In this document: positions 11,956 through 23,300 of the stretch, in pieces
Layout of the letters: the number at the start of each line of letters is the position of its first letter
How positions within the stretch are numbered: position 1 is the first letter of the stretch
Source: Carcharhinus amblyrhynchos
Lineage: Eukaryota
Direction: 5' to 3'
Length of the DNA: 64,000 nt
Assembly: GCA_965287045.1 (NCBI GenBank)
Contig: OZ336885.1
Location: 37,820,001-37,884,000 of the forward strand
Translations under genes and position numbers: made by a program
Notes under the pieces: model-generated
What the model saw: only the letters and a program-made list of their open reading frames with translations
Told to the model about the DNA's origin: nothing
Databases searched by the model: none

Positions 11956-14011
11956 GGCTACATTTAATCAGCTATATTAAAAATTAATGCATGCTACATG
12001 CTATAGGCAAAGCTTTTTAATAAAGGATATAATTACAACAATTTACAAAATTTACTACACCTTAATTTCCATCTGTCGAAGCGCTCTTTCAGTTACTGGT
12101 TAAGTGTGACCGTGCCTAACTAAAATGTGTAAAACTATTCTGAGAAACAAAATAAAATATCAGATAGGCATGAGAAGAAGCTATCGTATCAGCAGCTGCT
12201 ATATGCTGGCGATGAAAGTCTTGTCTATGTAGTAAATGGTGCTCACACTTACAGATTAAATCAATTGATAAATGTATGGTGAGATTAAAATGAGGCCCTT
12301 AGTTATCTGATTCTAATAGAATAAGAACAGACTTTAGATAACTCTTACTGTCTTCCCCCATGTGATAATCCCTATGACTTCCATGGGTGATCTTTAACTG
12401 ATCGCCCTGTGGAGCTTGTTGAATAAGAGTTCCCTTGATAATAGACAATGGCCTGATCAAGTGGAACTGGGCAGCTACCGGGAAGGGCCTGTAGAACTAT
12501 TGTCCCAGTTGGGACTTGTGTGAGAATTGTTGTACCAGTTGGGAGTCAAGTATCCTAGAAGGCAAAATCCCAGAAGGCGTAACCCAAAAAGGTGACAGAT
12601 AGCAACTTACAATGGACTCCATTTTCATTGGGAGTTTGTTTCTTGCTGTACAAGGAAGGCATATTTGTGTTGACATTTAATATTATATCATTGTGAAATT
12701 ATAATGTATTGTAATTTATAATGGATAAATTTGGATAAATTGTAATGTATTTGGATGAATTGTTTAAATTAAAAGAAAGCTGGGACTTGTGTACGTGTTG
12801 AACAATGAATACCATTCCTTTTCAGTAGGGCTTTCTGAGATATTACACCCTCCCTCGTCCATACACACCAAGAGAAAGATGCACTTAATCTCACTGGCTG
12901 GACAGGTCAACATTATAGCTTTTGGAGGGAAGGATGCTAAACGCAGCATTAGATTCGAAAATGAAGATAGGAAGACCAAGAGTTGTATGGGGCGGGGGTG
13001 CAGTAGCAGACGAAACAATAGCAAGGAGAAAGGAAAGAAACAAGATAATCAAATGTGGAAGCGTAAACCTGACTCATTTTGATGAGGAAAGTGAATTCGT
13101 TCACAAAGCACATCATACATCCCGAAGTCAAATAATAACAAGTTTAAACAAATGCAGTGGCAAGCCTCTCGGCAGTGAGATAAGTGGCCAGTTCGTCTGT
13201 TCTGGAGGTGCTGCTGAAAGGAGAAATAACCCCAACTCCGGCACAGCATCACCACTCCTCCAGAAAACGTGCCCTGGGATCTTCTTTGTCCGGCTCAACA
13301 GCTGGATGAGGCTCTTCTTTCATTTATCATCAACGCCAGCCTAGATCCTGGTCAAATCCTGCTACAGAGTTCATCCCACAATGTCTGCCTCACATCTGAG
13401 ATTATAGGGCGGAGATGTGCCGGGCGGGACATTATCCTATTTTGATATCCCGATTGAAAAATAAACGCACGCGTTTGAATTGGATTTGCACCCTGGCTGA
13501 TCACAGCTCACCCTCCCGAATATTTCCAGAATGCTGGCATCCGCGCAAACCATTCACTGAGACATAGTCAGAGGAATTGCCTGAGAGCGAATGGGGCCGC
13601 AGAAAGAAATGAAAGGGAATGTTACTGAATATGAGCGGACCATTTGGGTGTAAATTTTAGGGTTCGTGGAAAAGAAATCAGTGACTGGATGTGAGATCTG
13701 TCAGTACCCCAAATGTTCAAGTTGGCTCCAGATTTTAAAATAAGAAAATGCAACAATTTGTAAAAGTCTGTTCTTTCATCCTGATTTTGTTTGCAGATGT
13801 GTTATTCCTCAATCAGGTTTTCACTGCAGCTCTTGCCCTAACGATGTGGGATTGGCCCAGGATGAATTGGGGCTGCAATGTGCAGTGTTGTTGAGTTGTG
13901 CTTTGCGGCTCGTCATTACCTGATTCCTAGAATCTGCTCTGACTCTCCACGTGTTTGCGACAGAACAAACTAAACCATGGGCTTGTCAGCCACACCAACC
14001 AGGTACCTCTT

Positions 14012-14061
14012 CTGATTGGCCAGGGGCTGGGATCAACACAAGCCTCTGTATCTATATATAT
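14012..14061 (+). promoter_or_regulatory. CYP24A1 core promoter: inverted CCAAT box and TATA-like element
   Basis: ctgATTGGcc at 14012-14021 (NF-Y consensus) and TATATATA at 14053-14060, ~60 nt upstream of the ATG. Implies a TSS near 14085. Confidence 0.65.
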
Positions 14062-14121
14062 TCGGTAAGAAACCAGTATACACAGAGGGGGCTGAGAACT
14101 TGTTGAGATTTTTTTTCCAAA

Positions 14122-14343
14122 ATGCGGGTGCAGAGCAAGAACGGCAGCCGGCTCCTGCAGTTTCTGAGACAAGGGGACAAGTTGCGACACCGCACTCCGC
14201 TTTCGACAGCTGGCAGTGTGGCAGACAAAGCCATGGCTCCGTGTGGCCACAGCTCCATCCCAGGTCCCACCAGCTGGCCCGTGCTAGGCAGCCTGCTGGA
14301 GATCATCCGGAGAGGAGGGCTCCAAAAACAGCACAAAACACTG
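14122..14343 (+). CDS. CYP24A1: CYP24A1 exon 1 (mitochondrial transit peptide ... [29 protein letters not shown])
   Basis: ATG in aaaATG context, basic presequence, PGP motif, donor gtaaat at 14344. Confidence 0.92.
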
Positions 14344-17300
14344 GTAAATCCAAGGCTGGGACCAAAACAAGTCTAGCTTCATCCATAGCTCAATTTGCAA
14401 TAAGAATCTGTGTGATTTGCCATTTCAGAAAATAATGCAGCAAAATCCCTAGCTCATCTGACCTAAAGTATTTTTTATTTGCCATTTCAGAAAATAATGC
14501 AGTAAAATTCCTAGCTCAATTATCCGAAGCTTTTTTTTCTTTTTATATATAACTACAGGAACGATGGGGACCCAAACTCTGGGCACCAAGTGGTCATCCA
14601 GATGTGTCCCCCTCCTCCCCCCGTCGTTATCTTTAAGCGTATGTTCTTCTTTCACAGGTCGAATTTCACAAGAAATTTGGGAAGATTTTTAAGATGAAAT
14701 TGGGGCCATTTGAAACCGTACACATCGGGGCTCCGTGCCTGCTCGAAGCTCTTTACCGTAAAGAGAGCAATTACCCGCAGCGTCTGGAGATTAAACCGTG
14801 GAAAGCTTACCGGGACTACAGAGACGAGGCGTATGGACTGCTCATACTGTGAGTACCAAAGGCAAAGCCCATGTCAGCTGTGCCGATAGCAATAACCCGT
14901 GGAAATATTCACATACGAATGATAGTCCGATTCCTCCCGTGCAGTGCATTTCATTGAGAAATTGCACATGGCAGAATTTTGGAATTGTTACAAACTTGCT
15001 GCAAGGCTATTGCTATATTCACAGATGTTGAGCATCAGGCTGCGATCACGAGCACGAACAGTGTAAATAAGTCGCCGCAATCAGAGAGAGTTCTATGGGA
15101 GTTAAGGGTTTTCGGACCAAAACGATGAGTAAAGTGTCTGCCAGGTTTAACACAGCGGTGCCCATCAATCCCAGTGGCGGGCGGTCAGATCCATGGCATC
15201 AAAGTTGAGTGCTTCTTTTTTTTCGTTGTCTTGACACCAGGGAAGGAAAAGATTGGCAAAGGGTACGGAGCATATTTCAGAAAAAGTTGATGAAGCCAAC
15301 AGAAGTGGTGAAACTGGATGGAAAAATCAACGGGGTAAGGACATTCTGGGGAAGGGACATTCTGGGGAAGGGACATTGTGGAGTAAGGACAGTGTGGGGA
15401 AGGGACATTCTGGGCTAAGAACATTCGGGGGAAGGGACATTGTGGAGTAAGGACATTCCGGGAAGGGACATTCTGCGGAAAGGAACAGCGCAAAGGTACC
15501 ACGAAAATCTTTGTCATGATAGTGGCAGGGGTTACATTGTAATTTTCCCTGTTACGGCGCTTTCTTTAGCGAGTTTGTTTGTAATTTAGGAACCAGAGAG
15601 CTGTCCATCTCACAGGGTTCTGCAAGATCATGCAGAAAGCTCACACCTTGAAAATAAAGCGCGATTTTCTTTTCAACGCGCAGTTTGAAATATTGGGTCA
15701 GGAAATATTAATGAACCATATAGCGTGCAATCGAAGCCGAGCCTTGCTACCAATGTAAACAGGTCACGGTGCAATCGGTGGCATTCCTCAGTCCCCTGTT
15801 TACAGGAGGGCGGTTGCTTTCGGTGCAGCCGAACCCAACGTCTCTGATCTGTGCTTCGCCTTGCTTGGAAAGCACCCATAATAAGCTTCGCAAACATAGC
15901 TGGACCTTGCCAAGGAAATACCGGCGCAGCAGTGGAGGAAGAATGGTTAAACATTGCGAAGAAATTAGCTTTCAACCAGGGAAGGAAAAAACTCAAACCG
16001 ATGGGCGGAGGGTCTGTTCAGCAGCTTCTTAGACAGTGGGTTTGAAAAATGGGTGACACGGAAGATCCCTTACAAATACTGATACACCCGGGGGAGGGAG
16101 AGACTCATTCTCCTAGCCTGCATAAGACGGTATCGGTTCTCCATAGGTAAATAAAGCTGTTCTGATTATCTTGTGTTCGCGGAACAGCGAGATATGCGGT
16201 GCCGCGATTAGACAAGTGAAGAAAACAGAAATGCAAAGGTCAGATTGCCAAGTTCCTGGTACTCCCCATTGGAGTCGGTGCAATCCAGGACACGTGTTTA
16301 CTCCATTTTTCTGAATGTTCCTCAGGTTCTCGAAGATTTCATCAGCAGAATGGAGAAACTCCGTGACGAGACAGGAAAGATTGACGATTTATACCAGGAA
16401 CTGAATAAATGGTCCTTTGAAAGTAGGTTCTTGTGAAAGCGTTACGACAAAACTCGGGGATATTGAAGATAAATGAATAGTGTTGCAAATTCTCATTAGC
16501 AGTTCGGTTCACTAAGTTTAGAATAAAATCCAGTTTAAAAATTGGAGTAGATTCATTGGGTCAAGATTATTTAAATATTCTAACTCTTTGGAAAGATGTC
16601 TTTCAGTAAATTACATGAAAACATCAAGAAGGTTCCCGTTGAAGTACATACAAAATGTTTAACGTTAATGTTGATGTGACTATCACTGACCCACATAATG
16701 CTTTCTCAAAAATGTCAGCAAGGGGTTAAACTGTTGCTTAATTCAAGTTTTTCTTCTTGGAGCTAAAGTAAATTTGATGACTTGCATTCTTCAATTCTAA
16801 CCATTCAATCAGAATCAAATAATAAAGAAAATGTGCATAAGGACACGTATCACATTTGTGAAGATTTGACTATATTTAGAAAGATGTGTTACAAAGAAGG
16901 AAGTGTTTGACATGGACATTCCCCCCTCTATTTGTTAATAATTCCCTCCTCGCCCCCAAGCTTTAGGTTCCCCTTTTCATTCCCTATTTCTCAGTAGAAA
17001 GGATTTCTCAACCAATGCCTCTCTGGAACAAACTAATAAAAATTGCCAGAGATGATAGTCAAATTTAAGAAAAAAAACATTGACTCATTTTCCAACTTTT
17101 CCTCGTCTCGTTGCCAAATTCTCTGGGAAGATTTTAACCCCTACTTTTTATTCCATAAGACATAGGAGCAGAATTAGGCCACTCAGCCCATCGAGTCTGC
17201 TCTGCCATTCAATCATGACTGATATTTTTCTCATCCCCATCTTCCAGCCTTTTCCCCATAATCCCTGATCCCCTTATTAATCAAAAACTTATCTATCTCT

Positions 17301-20300
17301 GCCTTAAACATACCCAATGACCTGGTCTCCACAGCCTTCTGTGGCAAAGAGTTCCACAGATTCACCACTCCCTGGCTGAAGAAATTCCTCGTCATCTGTT
17401 TTAAAGGATTGTCCCTTTAGCCTGAGGTTGTGCCTTCTGATTCTAGTTTTTCCTACTAGTGGAAACATGCTCTCTAGGTCCACTTTATCCAAGCCTTGCA
17501 GTATCCTGTAAGTTTCAATTAGGTCCCTCCTCATCCTTCTAAACTCCAATGAGTACAGACCCAGCTTCCTCAACTGTTCCTCATACGACAAGATTTTCAT
17601 TCTAGGGATCATTCTTGTGAACCTCCTCTGGACCCTTTCCAAGGCCAGCACATCCTTCCTTAGATACGGGGCACAAAAATGGTCACAATACTCCAAATAG
17701 GGTCTGACCCAGAGCCTTTTATACCTCAGAGGTACATCCCTGCTCTTGTATTCCAGCCCTCTTGACATGAATGCTACCATTGCATTTGCCTTCCTAACTG
17801 CCGATTGAAACTGCACGTTAATCTTAAGAGAATCTTGAACAAGGACTCCCAAGTCCTTCGTGCTTCTGATTTCCTAAGCACTTCCCCATTTAGAAAACAA
17901 AATTAGAAAATTCCACCCCAAAGACCTAAGGAAAAGCATTTTAAAATGCAAGTACCCACGTAGCATCCTTAATTATTCTGTAATAAGTTGTTTATATTTA
18001 AATTTTATATTTATTTGAAAATAATTACTTTTAATTCTTTATTAAAGCACATAGATACAATTTCACATGTTATGTGTGTTTGGCAATTGATTGTGCACTT
18101 ATCAGTAACTTTCTAATTGCAGCAATATGCTTGGTGTTGTATGATAAAAGATTTGGCCTTCTGGAACAAAATGTAGTTGAAGAATCTTTGAATTTCATCG
18201 AGGCAATTAAAATTGTAAGTACACGGCGATGAATGAATTTAGTGCAGATCATCTGTTAGTCCAAAAAAGATTTGGTTCTGTAAAATGATCGCTAATTACA
18301 CAGTGCAATCTAGTATTCATATTACTGAATTCATATCTTGCTGAGTAACAAGAGGAATTTTCTGCAAGAGTCTGTATAATTATTTTTGGGTAATAGCTAG
18401 CTATCAATTACAATGATTAAAAAAAGGAAAAAAATGATGAAAATCTAAATAAACACAGATTCTAGCAAAAGGCCCACATTTATTCCTTTTTTCTCTTTAT
18501 AAATGCTGATGTTTTTAGTGTTCTCTGTTTCATGTTGAATTATAAGAGATAATGCTGCCCTCCCCCTTTTTGAGGCAGAAAGCTGACTGGTGGTGATTTA
18601 ACCTGAGCATCACCACACCTCAGGCAAGGGGCAAGGTTGAGAAAGTGAGGCCTTCATGAACAATATCAGCCCGTACGGGAATTGAACCCATGCTGTTGAT
18701 GTTGCTCTGCATTACAAACCAGCCGTCCAGCTAACTGTGCAGGAATAGAGATTAATGAGCACCCCATGAAAAAGTGGGATGTGAAAAAAATGACTGAAAG
18801 CCCAAATCTCTGTTGGCCAGATACATCTTTCAGAATAAATTCTTCACCCACATCTTTCTTACTGGAGGAAATACCTTGTAGATTTTTTGATTCAAATAAA
18901 TAATTAATTTTAAAAGCAGGAATATCAGATTTAAAACAGAAAGAACGGAATATAACAATGAAGAGGAGTTAATTTTATTTTTAAAGGATGCATTTGTTTC
19001 CCTGTGTATAATCTGCACATGACCAGACATTCTTTTTACGTCCTGTATATCTCAGATGATGAATACATTTGGTAAGATGATGGTGACACCAGTTGGGCTC
19101 CATAAAAGCTTTAATACAAAGACATGGAAGGACCACACAGAAGCTTGGGACAATATATTCAAAACAGGTACATGCCCAACTAAAGAGGTTATTAGTAATG
19201 ACAACTATTGCAGAAACAACATTCACAAAATGGTTCTGGAAGGTGAATGTTTTAGTCCTAGAGATCATGGAGTAATTGTAATTCTTCAATTGTGAAATTG
19301 TTGAACAGCTATGAATGCCTAAAATTTAAACTCCAGTACATTTTTAAGGGAATTCCTGACTCTTTGGGTTCATTGAATTTGAAATGTCAGTACTCTTAAA
19401 AAGAGGGGATTATAATGACCCTTCACCTTGGGATTTTCTGTTCAAGTTTTAATACAGATTGATTAGATGAGGATCACCCTGCTTTCTTATGGGCACCATC
19501 TTGCAGACAACTTTTGGAAGTTTGAGGCACTGTCAACCCAAATGCATTGTTGGTAATTTTATTAAGTATGGTAGGAAAGGGTTCATGTTTTGCATCCTTG
19601 CAAAAAAAAATTCGAACAGAAAGTAGTCCTTGTTTCCTCACTGATTCTCATTTACCAAACTGGTTACTAAGCAGTATTTCTCTGTGAACTGAAAGTTTAG
19701 TATTTGTTAGAGTGTGAAGGACTGTTGGTTTAATATCTGTTGCTCTATGAATAGCTGAAGTCATTGTAGTGTTGAAGTGTTATTTGAGAGCAGCGGTTCT
19801 AGATTCCAATTTTTATTTATCTATTATTCCATTCTCATTGGACTATTCGAAGCTCCACCCAACATAAGCTGCACACTTGCATGCCATGATTTAGTTGGAT
19901 ATGCAATGGACAGGGTTGCATTGTTTTGGAGGTTCATTACTCCATAACACCATTATTCTGTAGCAGTTGGTCCCAGTTCCCTATACATAAGCCTGTACCG
20001 ATGTAAGGTCCAAAACGAAAAGGACCTTCTCAGATTTTCAGTCCAGTTCTCCATGAAGATAATCAGTAGCCACCAGACTATACCAAACTCAGTACAACTG
20101 GCATTATCCAACAACCTCACTCTGAAAAGCCATTAGAGCGGTTGATACCAGAAATGGAAATGCCCATAGAAATGGAGTTGCTGAGAAATCCAGATTACCC
20201 AATCCAAGTTCACATGTAGGATCTTATTGTCAACCAGGGAGACACCTCTATTTAATCAAACAGTGTTGGATATAACCCAGTTTTCAGAAGTTGAACAGAA

Positions 20301-23300
20301 GTATGTAATTTAACATATGACTAATTCCTAAAGAATATAGAAGCTTAAACAAGAAAAACAGAGAATTTTCTAACATAACATTTGTGGGATGTGGGCATTG
20401 CTGGCTAGGCCATGATTTGTTGTCCATTCCTAATTGCCCATGAGAAGATGTTAGTGAATTGCCTTCTTGAACTGCTGCAGTCCATGTGGTATGGGTATAC
20501 CCAGCGTGCTGTTAGGAAGGCACTCCAGGATTTTAACCCGACAACGGTGAAGGAATGACCATATGACCACAATAATGGTCATCTGCTGATAACACGGCAT
20601 AGATGGAAGTCTAACACTGCTCTGAATCCAGCCCTGTGCCTCTGGATACAAAACCATGATTGCAGTTGCCATTTTGTTTAATGACCTTTTCCACTTCTGC
20701 TACTCATCTGAATGACTATGATCAATGCAAACCAACATCACCTGTTCCTCTACATTATTTAAAATTTTAACTTTTAAAATGGTACATCCTTTCCCAATCC
20801 TTACTTACTTTTCTGTACATTCAAGCTCACCTATTTGTATTCTTGATGACGTTTTTGTCTCCACTACAACCTTTCATAGTCATTGTCACAGTTTTCTATA
20901 CTTCAATTTGATGCATGCAGTAAATTCCAATCTTCTTTCTCTGTTTCCAAAGTTTAGAATTTTTATTATATGTACTAAACAGGCATGGCCCATTTCAGAT
21001 TTCTGTGCAATACCCCTTGTCACATTTTCCAGTACCAGGAATGTAATTTTACATCCACAACTTAATTTCTGCCCCTCTTCACTATTTCCCTGACTGTAGT
21101 CTTCTTAATTTTCTATGCCATGATCTCTGCTACAAAGGCCTTTTGAAAATCAATATCATTTGAATTGATATGTTGTTAAAGAATCAGAGTAGCAATTACT
21201 GTCCAAATTAATAACTATTTTACCTAACCATATTTTGAGAAATAAGTATTCGTTTTATTCAGCCTAAAAAAAAGGACATTTAAAGTGGCTTTTTAGATCA
21301 TGTGATTGAATACTGAACCTGTTGCATTTCACTGGACTGGCAAGCATTAGGATCAGATCCATACTTGTAAACTGAATGACCTGGAGTTGGCATTAGAGCC
21401 AAGTGTTTATAACTGTCTGAGGTTAACATGAGACATTGACTGAGGTCACTGAACTGGCAGGGATATGCAGCTCTGTTGCGCACACAGCTTATTCATTCAA
21501 GGCACTATTGACTGACACACCCACTTTCCCATTTCAGTAGTGAAAATAGCTGAAGTAGATTAGCAAAGATAAAGCACTTTCAACATGACTTGTGCGCATA
21601 GTGACTGTTATTAACTCATCAGAGAGCATTTGTTTTGCTTTCTCATCTTCCTTGCCCATATTCCTTTCACTCAAATTCTGTAAAAATGATAGGGTAAACT
21701 TATTTTTAACATTAATTTCTGAAACCAATCTGCTAAGAGTCTATAGCATTCATGTCAAACTAAAAAAAACTAAAAAAACTTAATAAATTCTGAACAACAG
21801 CTTCAAGAAAGCTAACATAGCACCCAAAAACTAATCTCTTGAGAATGGCTCTAACCTTATATCTATCGGATGCGAAAACTAGCAATTGCGTGGCCTTTGC
21901 AACCAAAGCGCTGGAATGCACAACATCCCTGGTATAAATAAAAGCAAAATACCACAGATGCTGGTAATCTGAGGTAAAAGCAGAAAAAGCTGCAAAAACT
22001 GGAGTGGGGTGGTCAGAGGGGCTTGTGCTGTGTTCGGACATTGGGGTGTAGGGGGGTAGTCAGGTGGTCAGGTAGGGAGGGTAGTCAGGGGATAGGGGAG
22101 TGTAGTCAGGTTTGGGAGGATCCAGTGAGGGGAGGAGGGGAAGTCAAGGTATGGTGAAGTTTGTCAGATGACTGGGAGGTATTCTGGGGTTAGTTGTGGG
22201 TGATTTGGTGGTAGTCAGGTGGTCAGAGACTGTGGTCGAGTGGGTGGGGGTTTGTGTGGAGCAGGAGGGGTATGTTAGCGGGGGGGGACCAATTTGGATT
22301 GGGCAGCTGATCAGTACCATAGTTAGCTAGGAATTAGAACTGGTTTTAATCCTCCCAACCTTTCTTGGGGAACTATTCTGATAAGTCATAACCATTCAAA
22401 ATCTCTGACTTTAAATTAGAATTTCAGATGGTTCTAACTGCAACTTTCTGGGCAATTTCCATGTAGTTCATGTGTAGGGGTCTTCCCAAAGGGTTCCCCA
22501 GCACATCTTCTGGAGTGTCTACAAGGTATAACCCTCTGAGGAATGAAGAGAATCTGGGCTATTAACAAGTGAAAGCCTCATGGGAAATCAAAATATAGAA
22601 GGCACAGACGTGATGATGCATTATTTGAGGAGAGCGTCCAAAAACATGGTTCCTGAAATATTTAAACTTATGATATTGAAGTTGGTGAATTGCGGCTAAT
22701 CTGAGGCCTCCATTATGGTCAGAATTTCACTGCCATGCCACAGCGTGCCTCCAGCTGCCGGATGGGGTGGGTAGGCCATCTAAATTACCATTTACTTCAG
22801 CAGCACCATAATAACCTGGCCTGTGCTTCACATGATGTGGAGATGCTGGCATTGGACTGGGGTGAGCACAGTAAGAAGTCTCACAACACCAGGTTAAAGT
22901 CCAACTTGGAATCACGAGCTTTCGGAGTGCTGCTCCTTCATCAGGGGATTCTGCCTAAGGCAGCTCCAAAAGGAACAATTTGAAAACAATGTAGAAAATA
23001 CATTCTGTTTTGTGCCTCCTAGTTATGATACAATCAATAGGTAGTGAATGTGAACAGCTCAGGTTGGCACAACAGTGGGATGTTAAATATAATTCACCCA
23101 TGGGTATAGTGTTAACCTTTGTTCAAGGAGAACTTTTATCCCCATGGGGCAACTAAAATCAAGAAATCCACATATCCAAAATATCCAATCACCATAGCTG
23201 CACATAATTGTATAGAAGTTACAGAACACAAATAGGCTGATTGACCCATCAGATTGATATGGCTCTTTAAAAAATTCATTCACAGGATGTGGATGTCTGG

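Larger units (their letters stand above)
13400..16400. promoter_or_regulatory. CpG-rich island over the CYP24A1 promoter and exons 1-4
   Basis: Dense CpG from ~13400 through intron 3 compared with the flanks. Confidence 0.65.

Noticed and set aside
12764-13344. ORFs of 86-140 aa upstream of the promoter
   Set aside because: No homology recognised, no splice support, and partial overlap with a decayed SINE.
22000-22290. G-rich tract with ggtagtcagg repeats (G-quadruplex candidate)
   Set aside because: Low-complexity interior of a decayed repeat; nothing else supports a function.
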